Positions 45,794-57,000 of a stretch of 64,000 bases of DNA are shown piece by piece. Origin of the DNA: a virus (taxonomy: Duplodnaviria > Caudoviricetes); the IMG/VR virus record IMGVR_UViG_3300021964_010723; one strand, written 5' to 3'. Each line of letters starts with the position of its first letter. Position 1 is the stretch's first letter. A program made the translations under genes and the position numbers. Under the pieces are notes generated by a model. The model had not been told where the DNA came from. It saw nothing but the letters and a program-made list of their open reading frames with translations, and ran no database searches.

Positions 45794-48118
45794 ATGCCAA
45801 AAGGTACAACCCAAGTGAAAGTTTCAAACAATGCAGATCCAGGATCGGATAACCCAGACTCTAATGAAAACAGGGCGAAAAATGATTTGAATTCTGCGGA
45901 ACTATCGGCAGAAGATATTGAATTTCCATTTGCAAATGAATTAGATGATTATGTAAGTTACAATTACGTTTTTACATTTAGTTGTTTAACAAAGAACGAG
46001 TGTGCTGCTCCTGATGACACGTATCGTAAAACAGATCCTAAGATAGTAATTTTACGTTCTGGAGGTGGTGTAGATGGAGTTGATACTGAACCTGAACAAT
46101 CCTTAGGCTCAGTAGAATATTTTATTGATAATGTAGAAGTTCAAAGTTTAATTACTCCGAATAAAAAAACAAAACAAACAAATGCCACAAGTATAACATT
46201 TGATGTAATCGAGCCATATAGTATGGGTATTTTTTTACAAGAACTTAAAGTAGCAGCATTAACAGCTGGGTATACGAATTACATTGAATCACCTTTTCTT
46301 TTAACAGTAGAATTTAAAGGATGGGATGATGATGGAAATTATTTAGAAAAAAAACATTTGCGTAGAATGTGGCCTATGAAATTGATTTCAGTAAATTTTG
46401 CAGTTAACGAAGGAGGAAGCACATATAATGTTGAAGCCATACCCTGGGGAGAACAAGCAACACTGGATCAAGTGCAAAGTTTAAAAACTGATATAAAAGT
46501 CGTAGGCAGTACAGTAAAAGAGTTGTTGCAGACAGGTCTGTATAGTTTATCTACTATACTTAATTCTAGAGAACAAGAAAAAAGGCGTACACAACAAGTT
46601 AAAACACCTGATGAATATGTAATTTTGTTTCCTAAAAATCCTAAAGATAAAATTTTCACTAAAAACGATTTATCTAATAATTCTGGTACAGATAGTGCCC
46701 TTAGTTTGCGAAGCGATTTAGCTGTTACTAAATTAGATTTATATAAACAATCTATAAGCAGTTCTAATAATAAACCTGCTTGGTATGATGCAGAATTAGA
46801 TGATCTTGAAAAAACAGTTTTAGGAGTTATGGTTAGAAGAAGTTATTTAGGCGAAATTGCAAGGAATTTCAGTGATAATAAAGGAAATAATAACGTTATA
46901 GGAAGATCAAAGCTTGTAGACAATTTGCTAGATGGAACCAAAAAACCATTTGGTAGACCGAGATTGATAGAATTAGATGATAAAGATGGCATATTTGAAA
47001 GAGGGCAATTACAAATAAGTGATAACCTAACAACATTAACATTTAAAGCTGGTACTACGATACAAGATGTTATTGAAGAAATAATTTTACTAAGCGAATA
47101 CGGGACTAGAATAGGGAGTTCAACTCCAGATGCTAATGGTATGCTCCCATGGTTTAGGATAGACACTGAAGTTTATGATTTAGATGATCCTGAAGTTGAA
47201 ACGCAAACAGGAAGACCGCCTAGGATTTATGTTTTTCGTGTAGTTCCTTTTTCGACTCATTTAAGTAGATATGCATCAGTCACGCAAACGAGTGCTACGA
47301 ATGCCTTAAGAAAGCAGTGTGTAAAAGAGTATAATTACATTTATACTGGTAAAAATGATGCAATAATTGATTTTGATATAACATATAATAGAGCATTTCA
47401 TCAAGCAAGTACGCCTTTTGGAGGTAGTAATAAAGGAACTGTTATAGATGCTAATGCTAGTAGGAGAGCAGGATCTGAAAATATTCCTAAAGCATTGCCT
47501 TCCGCAGGTGAAAAAACAAATTCAAAGTCAGGATATACGTCTAATGAAGAAAGCTTCAAACCTGGAACCGGATCTGAAGGTGGAGGACAGTATGATAAAA
47601 TTGCAAATGTTGTTGCAAGGGATTTCAACGATGCAATTTTAAACAGCACAACAGATTTAATAAACACAAGTCTTGTGATTTGGGGAGATCCGTATTACAT
47701 AATTGATAGTGGTTTTGGAAATTATTTTGCTATACCGCATAAAAAGTATATAAATTTGAATAAAGATGGAACTATGAATTATCAAGACAGTGAAGTTCAT
47801 GTAATCATAAATTTTAGAACCCCGTTTGATCACCCTTATACAAAAAATGGGGATAGTTGGGATACTGAGGGATTTATGGATTTTTATGCAGAAGGTTCAT
47901 ATAGCCCGTCTGCATTTAGTGGAATTTATCAAGTTACTGGAGTTACAAATAATTTTGCTGAAGGAAGGTTTACTCAAAAGTTAGATATGATAAGAATTAG
48001 GAATCAAGAAGGTACTGATACAAATAACAAAGCAGATCCAACTAAAGGTGTTGCTAGGACAGTAATATCGAATGAAGATTTAAATCGTGCTGCAGGTAAT
48101 GCAGGTGGAGGAGTATAA
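45794..48118 (+). CDS. Baseplate hub protein (gp27 / late control D-like)
   Basis: Position between the LysM and spike genes; FDVIEPYSMG.F, IWGDPYYI, FSGIYQV..VTNNF..G.FTQ.L..IR. Confidence 0.65.
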   Translation: MPKGTTQVKVSNNADPGSDNPDSNENRAKNDLNSAELSAEDIEFPFANELDDYVSYNYVFTFSCLTKNECAAPDDTYRKTDPKIVILRSGGGVDGVDTEPEQSLGSVEYFIDNVEVQSLITPNKKTKQTNATSITFDVIEPYSMGIFLQELKVAALTAGYTNYIESPFLLTVEFKGWDDDGNYLEKKHLRRMWPMKLISVNFAVNEGGSTYNVEAIPWGEQATLDQVQSLKTDIKVVGSTVKELLQTGLYSLSTILNSREQEKRRTQQVKTPDEYVILFPKNPKDKIFTKNDLSNNSGTDSALSLRSDLAVTKLDLYKQSISSSNNKPAWYDAELDDLEKTVLGVMVRRSYLGEIARNFSDNKGNNNVIGRSKLVDNLLDGTKKPFGRPRLIELDDKDGIFERGQLQISDNLTTLTFKAGTTIQDVIEEIILLSEYGTRIGSSTPDANGMLPWFRIDTEVYDLDDPEVETQTGRPPRIYVFRVVPFSTHLSRYASVTQTSATNALRKQCVKEYNYIYTGKNDAIIDFDITYNRAFHQASTPFGGSNKGTVIDANASRRAGSENIPKALPSAGEKTNSKSGYTSNEESFKPGTGSEGGGQYDKIANVVARDFNDAILNSTTDLINTSLVIWGDPYYIIDSGFGNYFAIPHKKYINLNKDGTMNYQDSEVHVIINFRTPFDHPYTKNGDSWDTEGFMDFYAEGSYSPSAFSGIYQVTGVTNNFAEGRFTQKLDMIRIRNQEGTDTNNKADPTKGVARTVISNEDLNRAAGNAGGGV

Positions 48119-50139
48119 TGGCATCTACTACTCCGCGAGGACAATTTTCAAGAGGTGCAAGGCCTGTATGGATGAAGGGAGTAGGACCTTATCTAGGACG
48201 GGTAGCAAATCATTTAGATACAGAATATATGGGGAGTATTGAAGTTGAAATTTTAAAAACTACTGAAGCAGGTAGTCCTACTGAATCTAGTGGATATTAT
48301 ATTCCATGTACATATGTAAGTCCTTTCCTTGGACAAACTCCAAGGAAAGGTGTACAAAATACAGACAAATTTGATTATACCCAAAAAAGTTATGGATTTT
48401 GGGCTGTTCCTCCTGACATAGATACAAAAGTTTTAGTATTAATGGCTGAAAATAATTTTGGTTTTGGGTTTTGGATAGGATGTGTTCAAGATAAATTTAT
48501 GAATTTTATGATGCCTGGTAATGCATCAACATCCTACAGCAGTCAACCGGGTGGAGGAAAAGGTGGTGGAGGAGGAAAGTATGCAAATAAGATTGTACCA
48601 GTAGGTGAATATAACAAAGAGATATCAAAAGGCACAGGCAATGACCCTACACAATATTATAAACCAGTTGATACACGGCATGCAGATATTTTAGAAAAAC
48701 AAGGTTTAACTAAATGGTCAGAAAGTATAGTTGATCAAACTAGAGGTACAACTACTTCGAGTGCTCGGAGAGAAGTTCCTAGTATGGTAGTTGGATTAAG
48801 TAGTCCGGGTCATGTTGATAGGAAAGGTCCAACAGTGCAGTATGGAGAAAAGTTTGGACAAACAAATGTACCGTTTAGTAGATTAGGTGGCACAAGTTTT
48901 GTAATGGATGACGGAGATGAAAAAATTCTTCGTAAAAAACCTGCAAACACCGATCCTCCAGAATATGCTTATGTAGAAAAAAAACAATTTGATGGAGATG
49001 TAACATTACCTCATAATGAATTAACAAGATGGCGCACTCGCACAGGACATCAGATTGTAATGCACAATACTGAAGATTTAATTTATATTATTAATGCTCA
49101 AGGTAATGCTTGGATAGAATTAACAAGTAATGGAAAAATTGATATTTACTCAGACGATAGTGTTAGCATACATTCTGAAACTGATTTTAATTTGAAAGCA
49201 AATAGAGATATTAACTTAGAAGCCTCAGGTAATGTCAATATTAAAGCCAGAGAACAAATGCGTTTAGAATCTGGTAACGCAACTCATTGGAAAATTGGCA
49301 CAGCAGAAGTTAAGAAAGATCCTGCGTTACGTCCAGAATTAGGTATTAAAAACGATGATGGTACATGGAAATGGAATAGTTTTGAAGATTTGCCAACAGT
49401 AGCTCAACCAGGTGATAATTTGTATATAGATGTAAGCAGAGACGTGTATTGGAAGGTAGGAACCCATCCTAAACTAGGAGATTTTAAATTAGAAGTATCT
49501 CAAGACGGACATGCAACATTTGATAGAGATTTCTTTTTATTAGCAAAAAAGAACATCCATCAGCATTCAAATAAAGCTACATTCCATGAAGCAGATACAA
49601 CTTTTGATCAAAAATCAGGCAAAGAATTTTATCAATTATCTGGAGCTAACATGCACATAAGGAGTGATAAAGATTTGCGCTGTTATGCAGATGTAAATGC
49701 TATAGTAAAAAGTAAAACAAATTTTATCACAGCAATGAATGCAAATCATATGAAAGCAGCAAATATGAATTTTGTAACTGCAGGATCTAGTAATGAATAT
49801 AATGCTCCTGTTAATAATATGAGTCAAATTCAATATTTCGGCAGTGGTTCTGCAAAAGGTTCTAATGGTACCACTGCCGAAAAAGCCACAGATGCAATAG
49901 ATGCATTGTTGCCAGAGTGTGCTCATCATGCATTCATACCTATTAGGATTCCAACTCATGAACCATATCTTAGTCATGAAAATTTAAAGCCAGAAACTTT
50001 TTATCCTGACAAAACAGATAGTACAATATCAATTAATGACTCGTGTGATTTTGCAATAAATTATGAGCAAGAAGAAATTAAAACGCCTTTAATATTTAAG
50101 GGTGGTGCGCAAGAGGACACATTTAGGAAAGGTAAGTGA
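48118..50139 (+). CDS. Central spike / puncturing device (gp5 / VgrG / gpV-like)
   Basis: N-terminal OB-type segment SYGFWAVPPD..TKVLV, TRTGHQI.M..TE.LIYI, beta-helix-like repeats; no lysozyme domain recognised. Confidence 0.75.
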   Translation: MASTTPRGQFSRGARPVWMKGVGPYLGRVANHLDTEYMGSIEVEILKTTEAGSPTESSGYYIPCTYVSPFLGQTPRKGVQNTDKFDYTQKSYGFWAVPPDIDTKVLVLMAENNFGFGFWIGCVQDKFMNFMMPGNASTSYSSQPGGGKGGGGGKYANKIVPVGEYNKEISKGTGNDPTQYYKPVDTRHADILEKQGLTKWSESIVDQTRGTTTSSARREVPSMVVGLSSPGHVDRKGPTVQYGEKFGQTNVPFSRLGGTSFVMDDGDEKILRKKPANTDPPEYAYVEKKQFDGDVTLPHNELTRWRTRTGHQIVMHNTEDLIYIINAQGNAWIELTSNGKIDIYSDDSVSIHSETDFNLKANRDINLEASGNVNIKAREQMRLESGNATHWKIGTAEVKKDPALRPELGIKNDDGTWKWNSFEDLPTVAQPGDNLYIDVSRDVYWKVGTHPKLGDFKLEVSQDGHATFDRDFFLLAKKNIHQHSNKATFHEADTTFDQKSGKEFYQLSGANMHIRSDKDLRCYADVNAIVKSKTNFITAMNANHMKAANMNFVTAGSSNEYNAPVNNMSQIQYFGSGSAKGSNGTTAEKATDAIDALLPECAHHAFIPIRIPTHEPYLSHENLKPETFYPDKTDSTISINDSCDFAINYEQEEIKTPLIFKGGAQEDTFRKGK

Positions 50140-50588
50140 TGTTTAAAAATAGGTCTATATATAAAGAAATTAATATAAAAAGTAAAAATAATTCAAAAAA
50201 ATTTACTCCTGGATCAAAAGTTTACAGAGGCATAAGCACAGTAAATCCGCAAAATAAAACTACAGTGCTATATGATATAGCATTGATAAAGCAAGATATT
50301 TTTAATCATTTTCATATAAGACAAGGTGAATGTTTAAGTGATTTGCAATTTGGAACGATAGTATGGGATGTTCTGTTTGAACCGCTAACTCCGACGTTAC
50401 GTAACTTAATCATTGAAAATGTTAATGATATAATTAATAATGATCCCCGCGTATCAGTTAGTTCAGTTGTTATAGATGAGTATGAGTCTGGAATACAGAT
50501 TGAATGTAATTTAATTTACCTGCCTTACAATATTCAAGAAAGTATGCAACTAAATTTTGATAGAAACGCAGGGTTTTTTACGAATTAA
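50136..50588 (+). CDS. gp25: Baseplate wedge subunit (gp25-like)
   Basis: LIKQDIFNHF.IRQGE......FGT.VW..LFEP...I..DPRV. Confidence 0.85.
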   Translation: MMFKNRSIYKEINIKSKNNSKKFTPGSKVYRGISTVNPQNKTTVLYDIALIKQDIFNHFHIRQGECLSDLQFGTIVWDVLFEPLTPTLRNLIIENVNDIINNDPRVSVSSVVIDEYESGIQIECNLIYLPYNIQESMQLNFDRNAGFFTN

Positions 50589-50608
50589 ATAGGTACTTTA
50601 AGTTGAAA

Positions 50609-50614
50609 TAAATA
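50609..50614 (+). promoter_or_regulatory. Late promoter core TAAATA
   Basis: Upstream of an AAGGA SD and ATG at 50641. Confidence 0.55.
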
Positions 50615-50640
50615 TTAGTTATAGATATAAGGAATAGTTT

Positions 50641-53600
50641 ATGGCATCTACTGATAGACAAAATAGATTGTTAGTAGCCGAAGATTGGAAAAGAATTTAT
50701 CAAACTTATCAGACAGCAGATTTTCAAAGTTATGATTTTGAAAGTCTAAAGAGAGTTATGATAAGTTATATAAGAGAAAATTACCCTGAAGACTTTAATG
50801 ACTATATTCAGAGTTCAGAGTATATTGCTTTAATTGATTTAATTGCATATTTGGGTCAAAATTTGTCATTTAGAGTTGATTTAAATGCAAGAGAAAATTT
50901 TCTTGAATTGGCTGAAAGGCGAGAAAGTATCTTACGATTAGCTAGGTTATTAAGCTATAATCCTAAAAGGAACGTAGGAGCTAGCGGATTATTAAAAATA
51001 ACAAGTGTTAGGACAACAGAAAATGCTACAGATTCAAACAATTTATCATTAACTAACCAAAATATTGTATGGAATGATCCTAGTAATCCTAATTGGTACG
51101 AGCAATTTATTAAAGTTTGTAACCTAGCATTTGACAATATAAATTTGTTCGGATCACCGTTAAAGAAAGAAAATATATCAAACATAGATACATCTGTATA
51201 TAGGGTTAATACGGCTGAGTTAGGAGATTTACCTTTATTTACAATAACAAAAACATTAGACGGGTCAAGCTATGATTTTGAAATTGTGCCAGCAGATATC
51301 AATGGGACTATAGTCGAAGATGCACCAGCTCCAAATAGTAAATTTAAAATATTATACAGAGAAGATGGTGTTGGACCTAATAGTCCTAATACAGGTTTTT
51401 TTTGTTTGTTTAAACAAGGTACATTGGATTATGGCGATTTTGAAGTTACAAATCCTAGCCAAAATCAATTAGTAACTGTAGATGCAATTAATGTTAATAA
51501 CGATGATGTTTGGTTATACAGTCTTAAAAATAGCACAGATATAGATACTCTTTGGACTAAGGTAGATTCAATAGAAGGTAATAATGTAATTTATAATGAT
51601 GTTGCAAAAAAAATTCGCACTGTTTACGGGGTTTTAACAAGGGTAAATGATAGGATTAGTTTAATTTTTTCTGACGGAATTTTTGGAGATTTACCGAAAG
51701 GAAACTTTAGAATTTATTATAGGACAAGTCGAAATCAAAATTTAGTAATCACTCCGAGAGATATGCTAGGAATTGGTTTAGATATAGAATATGTAAGTTC
51801 AAGTAATAAATTAGAAACTTTATCTTTAGTATTAGAATTACAGTATACCATTAATAATAGTTCAGTAAGTGAAGATAATGAGTCTATTAGGAAATTAGCT
51901 CCTATGAATTATTACACTCAAAATAGATTAATTACTGCAGAAGATTATCAAATAGGGCCTTTAGTGTCTAGTAATCAAATTGTTAAAGCAAAAAGTATTA
52001 ATAGAATTTCTAGTGGTATATCTAGATATTTTGATTTGACAGATGCAACAGGTGCTTATAGCAAAACAAATGTCTATGGCACAGATGGTATATTATATCA
52101 AGAATCTTTTGTAGATAAACTTACATTTAATTATAACAATGTGACAGAAATTGAAAATGTTTTGTTTAATGTAATTGATCCACTACTTAAAACGCAAAAA
52201 ATAAAAAATTATTATTATTCTAATGTTACAAGAATACCGTATACTGATCAAGGCATAAGTTGGGTTTCAGTAACAAACGATATAAATTTAAACACTGGGT
52301 ATTTAAAGAACGAAGCAAATGTAAAACAAGTGATAGGCCAAAGTACTACTTCAATTTTGCAGTATATAAAAATCAATACGCATATTAAATTTTATGCGCC
52401 TGCTGGATATTATTTTAACGCAGATAGAGAATTAGTACCTGGAGATGCAAATGTGCCTAATTCAACGACATATTTTTGGGTAAAAGTAATAGCAACATTT
52501 AATGATGGCACAGAATTAAATGAGGACGGTAGTGGACCTATATATTTTAATGATAAAATACCAACTGGGTCAGTATTAGGAGAAATACGGCCATTTCTAT
52601 CAAAAGGTATTACCGAGTCTGTAAAAACCGAAATGATAGATCAAATCACAGCTAATAAAACATTTGGTTTAAGATATGATCGTGTAGCGGATCAATGGTT
52701 AGTTGTTCTTGAAGAAGATTTGAATTTAGATAAACCTTTTAATTTAGGTAAATCTGGAGATACTACGGGTCAGAAATTAGATTCAAGTTGGTTGCTAAAA
52801 TTTTCAACCAATTTAACATTTTATACTGTTGAGTATAGAGCCAGTAGGTTCATATTTGAAAGTAAAAAAGAGGTTAATTTTTACTTTGACAAATCTGATA
52901 AAATTTACAATTCTGTAAATGGTGAAACAACAAAAGATAAAATTGTAGTTTTATCAATCAATACTAAACCTATAACAAACACAGATAATTTATCTTCATT
53001 TACAAAAGATTATGATTGGGCTATAACAAATAATTTTAGAGATCAACTAGGTTATATAACTAGTAAAAAAATCGAAGTAGATTTTTTTGATAGTGACGAT
53101 GACGGTGTATCAGATGATGAAGATTTATTCCAGGAAATTGTACAACCAAACGTAAATGATGAACCGTTTACTTTTATTTTTCAAAAGAAAGTAATTACAT
53201 CAAATGGAGTTGAAACATACAATTATGTTTCAAATGATGAGCTTAAAATAATAATAAAAAAAGGACTAGTTTATACAGGACCATTAAGTCAATATTCAGA
53301 TGGACAAATTGTTTATTTTGTAGCAGAAAATATTTTTCAAATTTTTAATAAAAGCATAAATTCTTTTTCTATAACTAATGATTATAAAGCATTTATAGGA
53401 AGAGATAAATTACAATTTAGATACTTACATGCAGCAGATTATGATAATAGAATAGACCCTAGTATTAGTAATATAATTGATGTTTATTTGTTAACAAAAT
53501 CTTATGATGATGCTTTTAGAGGTTATCTCAGCGGTAATGTTAAAGATGAGCCGTTGGTAATGTCATCTACTGATTTATATCTCAATTTTAGTGGACCATT

Positions 53601-54066
53601 AGAAAAGATAAAATCTGTCACAGATGAAATAATTTATCATCCTGCGCAATATAGAATGCTTTTTGGAAGTTTAGCGCATGCTGATTTACAAGGAATTTTT
53701 AAAGTAATTAAAAATGTTGACCTAGTAATTAATGATAATGATATAAAAGCAAAAGTCATTACTACTATTAATCAATTTTTTAGTATAGAAAATTGGTCGT
53801 TTGGTGAAACATTTTATATGTCTGAATTGACTGCATATGTAATGAAAGAAATGTCTCCTGATATTTCGTCTATAATTTTAGTTCCAAGATCTCCAAATTT
53901 ATCTTTTGGAAGTTTATATGAGGTAAGGGCTGAAGATAATGAAATATTAATTAGTTGTGCAACAGTAGCTGATGTTGAGATTATTGAAGAAATTAATGCA
54001 GAATCTTTGAATAGTGATGTAATTTCTAATGCAACAATACCACAAAATGGAATTCTAACCCAATAG
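50641..54066 (+). CDS. gp6: Baseplate wedge subunit (gp6-like, 1141 aa)
   Basis: DFQSYDFESL...Y.PEDFND...SE...L.D..AY....L.F..D.N..E.FL..A..RES...LA..LSY.P; QNRLITAEDY. Confidence 0.85.
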   Translation: MASTDRQNRLLVAEDWKRIYQTYQTADFQSYDFESLKRVMISYIRENYPEDFNDYIQSSEYIALIDLIAYLGQNLSFRVDLNARENFLELAERRESILRLARLLSYNPKRNVGASGLLKITSVRTTENATDSNNLSLTNQNIVWNDPSNPNWYEQFIKVCNLAFDNINLFGSPLKKENISNIDTSVYRVNTAELGDLPLFTITKTLDGSSYDFEIVPADINGTIVEDAPAPNSKFKILYREDGVGPNSPNTGFFCLFKQGTLDYGDFEVTNPSQNQLVTVDAINVNNDDVWLYSLKNSTDIDTLWTKVDSIEGNNVIYNDVAKKIRTVYGVLTRVNDRISLIFSDGIFGDLPKGNFRIYYRTSRNQNLVITPRDMLGIGLDIEYVSSSNKLETLSLVLELQYTINNSSVSEDNESIRKLAPMNYYTQNRLITAEDYQIGPLVSSNQIVKAKSINRISSGISRYFDLTDATGAYSKTNVYGTDGILYQESFVDKLTFNYNNVTEIENVLFNVIDPLLKTQKIKNYYYSNVTRIPYTDQGISWVSVTNDINLNTGYLKNEANVKQVIGQSTTSILQYIKINTHIKFYAPAGYYFNADRELVPGDANVPNSTTYFWVKVIATFNDGTELNEDGSGPIYFNDKIPTGSVLGEIRPFLSKGITESVKTEMIDQITANKTFGLRYDRVADQWLVVLEEDLNLDKPFNLGKSGDTTGQKLDSSWLLKFSTNLTFYTVEYRASRFIFESKKEVNFYFDKSDKIYNSVNGETTKDKIVVLSINTKPITNTDNLSSFTKDYDWAITNNFRDQLGYITSKKIEVDFFDSDDDGVSDDEDLFQEIVQPNVNDEPFTFIFQKKVITSNGVETYNYVSNDELKIIIKKGLVYTGPLSQYSDGQIVYFVAENIFQIFNKSINSFSITNDYKAFIGRDKLQFRYLHAADYDNRIDPSISNIIDVYLLTKSYDDAFRGYLSGNVKDEPLVMSSTDLYLNFSGPLEKIKSVTDEIIYHPAQYRMLFGSLAHADLQGIFKVIKNVDLVINDNDIKAKVITTINQFFSIENWSFGETFYMSELTAYVMKEMSPDISSIILVPRSPNLSFGSLYEVRAEDNEILISCATVADVEIIEEINAESLNSDVISNATIPQNGILTQ

Positions 54067-54085
54067 TTAAAAAGGAAAATTTTAG

Positions 54086-57000
54086 ATGGCTTTTAAAAAT
54101 GATCAGATTGAACCAATTCTTCCTGCAGACGAATCTGAACAAAGGAAATCAGTAAATCATTTACCAAAATATTTTAGGACAGAATATAATCAAAAATTTC
54201 TATCTACAACATTAGATCAAATGATTCAGCCAGGAACAGTTGAGCAAATTAATGGTTTTTATGGTAGAAGAACTGCAAAAGCTTTTGATTATAACAAAGA
54301 TATCTATGTAAATGACATAACTCAAGAAAGGCAAGATTATCAATTAGAACCAGTTACTGTTGTAAAGGACGATCTAAATAATTTAAAGTATTATGCAGAT
54401 TATGTAGATTTTATAAATTACTTGAAAATTAGGAATACAAAAGATATTGATCATGATGTAGCTAACGCTGAAGAATATTACGCATGGAATCCGCATATAG
54501 ACTGGGATAAATTTGTAAATTTTAGAAATTATTATTGGTTACCTAACGGACCAGTAACACTAACAGTTGCAGGGCAAGAAAAAGAAGTTGAAAGCGAATA
54601 TACTATTAGATTACAGGATAATGTAGATAATTTTACATATATTTTTACACCAGATGGGTTAACGAATAATCCTACTATTACTCTTTACAGAGGACAAACT
54701 TATGTGTTTGATATCGATACTCCTAATTATCCAATAGCATTTGTTTCAAGAAAAACTTTTACTCCAGGCAGAGAATATAATGAAGCCACAGAGAATACAT
54801 CGTTGATTTATACAGATGGGCTAGTAAAAAAAGATGAAAATGGAATCATTACAGATGAACCTTTTTTATCAAAAGGTGTATTTGAGTTCGCTATACCAGA
54901 TAACGCTCCTGATGTTTTATTTTATATATCAAAAGATGATCCCAATTTATCAGGCACAATAAAGATTTATGATATTATAGAAAATACAGAAATAAATGTT
55001 GAAAAAGAAGTAATTGGTAAAAAAAATTATAAAACAAGTTCGGGTTGGAAGTTTTCAAATGGTATGAAAGTTCAATTTGCGGGTAATGTTTTTCCAAATT
55101 TGTATGGGGACGGAGAATGGTATGTAGAAGGAGTTGGAACTGCAATTAACTTAATTAATAGTAAAGATTTAGAATTGAATTCGTTATTTGTAGATGATAT
55201 TGAAGTAGAATTTGATAATAAAGGTTTTGATGACATGCCCTTTGATGAAGCCCTTGGTTATCCTAGTAAAAAAGATTATATAGTTATTAATAGGGCAAGT
55301 AATGACGGAAACTTATGGAGCAAATATAATCGTTGGTTTCACATAGATGTAATAGAAAAATCGTTAGAAATAAATCAGCAAATTCCTAGTGTAGATCAAT
55401 TTTCAAGAGCAAATAGACCTATAATTGAATTTGAACCAAATATAAAGCTACACGAATTTGGAACACAAAAAAAGCAAAATGTAAATTTGGTTGATGTCAT
55501 TACTACAGATGTTTTTTCTACAATTGAAGGTAGTATAGGTTATAATATAGATGGTATTGATTTGACTGAAGGTATGCGTATTTTGTTTTTAAACGATAAT
55601 GACATATTTGTTAAAAATAAAATTTTTAAAGTTTCTTTTGTAAACATTAACAACATTGTACAAATAACATTAAAAGAAGAAACAGATGCAGAACCTTTAA
55701 TTAATGAAAATGTTTTAATTACCCAAGGTAATCATAATAAAGGAAAATATTTTTATTATAACGGTCAAACATGGCAAAAAGGTCAGGAAAAGTATAGTAT
55801 AAATCAATCTCCTCTATTTGATATGTATGATGAAGAGGATGTTTGGTTAAAAGATGAATTAAAGTATCAATATAGTCAATTTAATGGAAATAAAATATTT
55901 TCGTATGCTATAGGACAAGGTAATGATGATAGTATATTAGGATTTCCATTACAATATCAAAATATAGAAAATAGCGGAGATATTGTTTTTATCTTTGATT
56001 TGTTAAATACTGAATTTTCATACAATAATAATAATAGTGTTACAATTTACAAAACAGATATTGCATTTTTAAGAAAGTACTATAATAAAGATAATTATGA
56101 ATTAATAAATGGATGGGAAAAGGCAAATACATATAGTCAGCAAAGTGTAATTTTGCAGTTATTGTCTACTAATGATAATATGTATGCCTTGGATATGTAT
56201 GAGTCAATCGACTTAAATGATTTTTGGATAAGGGTATTTGTAGATAATAGTTTGCAAGAGCAAAATATAGATTATAAATTAGTAACCGATGATAATAATT
56301 CTTATTTTTTACAATTTATAAAACAATTACCGCTCAACAGTAACATTGTAATAAAAACAAGATCTAGTAAGCCTAAAACTAATAGTGGGTTTTATGAAAT
56401 ACCGGCTAGTTTAGAAAAAAATCCTAGTAATGACAATTTATACCAATTTACTTTAGGAGAAGTAAATGATCATGTGGGCTCTATTGTAGAAGAACTTTCT
56501 AGTTTTACAGGAAATTTTCCAGGTATAGGAAACTTAAGAGATTTAGGAAATTTATCAAGTTATGGTAAGAAATTTTTGAAGCATTCAGCATTGTACAATT
56601 TGTATTCTTACCATATTTTAGATAAGCAAGCCAGTGTCGTAGATGCTGTCAGTTTTGCCCAAAAAGAATACTCTAAATTTAAAAGATTATTTTTACAAAC
56701 TATTTCTAACATTGGGTTCCAAGGAGGAACCCAACAGACATTTGAAAAAGTGTTGGAAGAAATTGTAAAAGGCAACTCAAAAGATTTGCCTTATTACTTC
56801 AGCGATATGATTGCTTATTCCGGTAAAAGAATAAATTCTAATTTAATTGTAGATGTAGATCAGCAATTTTTTCCTTTAAGTACAGATTTTAATTTAGATA
56901 CTGTGTCTAATAGGGCAGTTTTGGTCTATAAAAATGATATTTTACTTACGTATGGAGTTGATTATGATTTCTCTAATCCAGGATTTGTACGGGTATTTGG

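Noticed and set aside
1136-51185. Numerous short antisense or overlapping ORFs in the track (e.g. 31541-32056 +, 44480-44983 -, 29370-29771 +)
   Set aside because: They are shadows of the real genes, lack SD sites, and have compositions explained by the sense-strand repeats.
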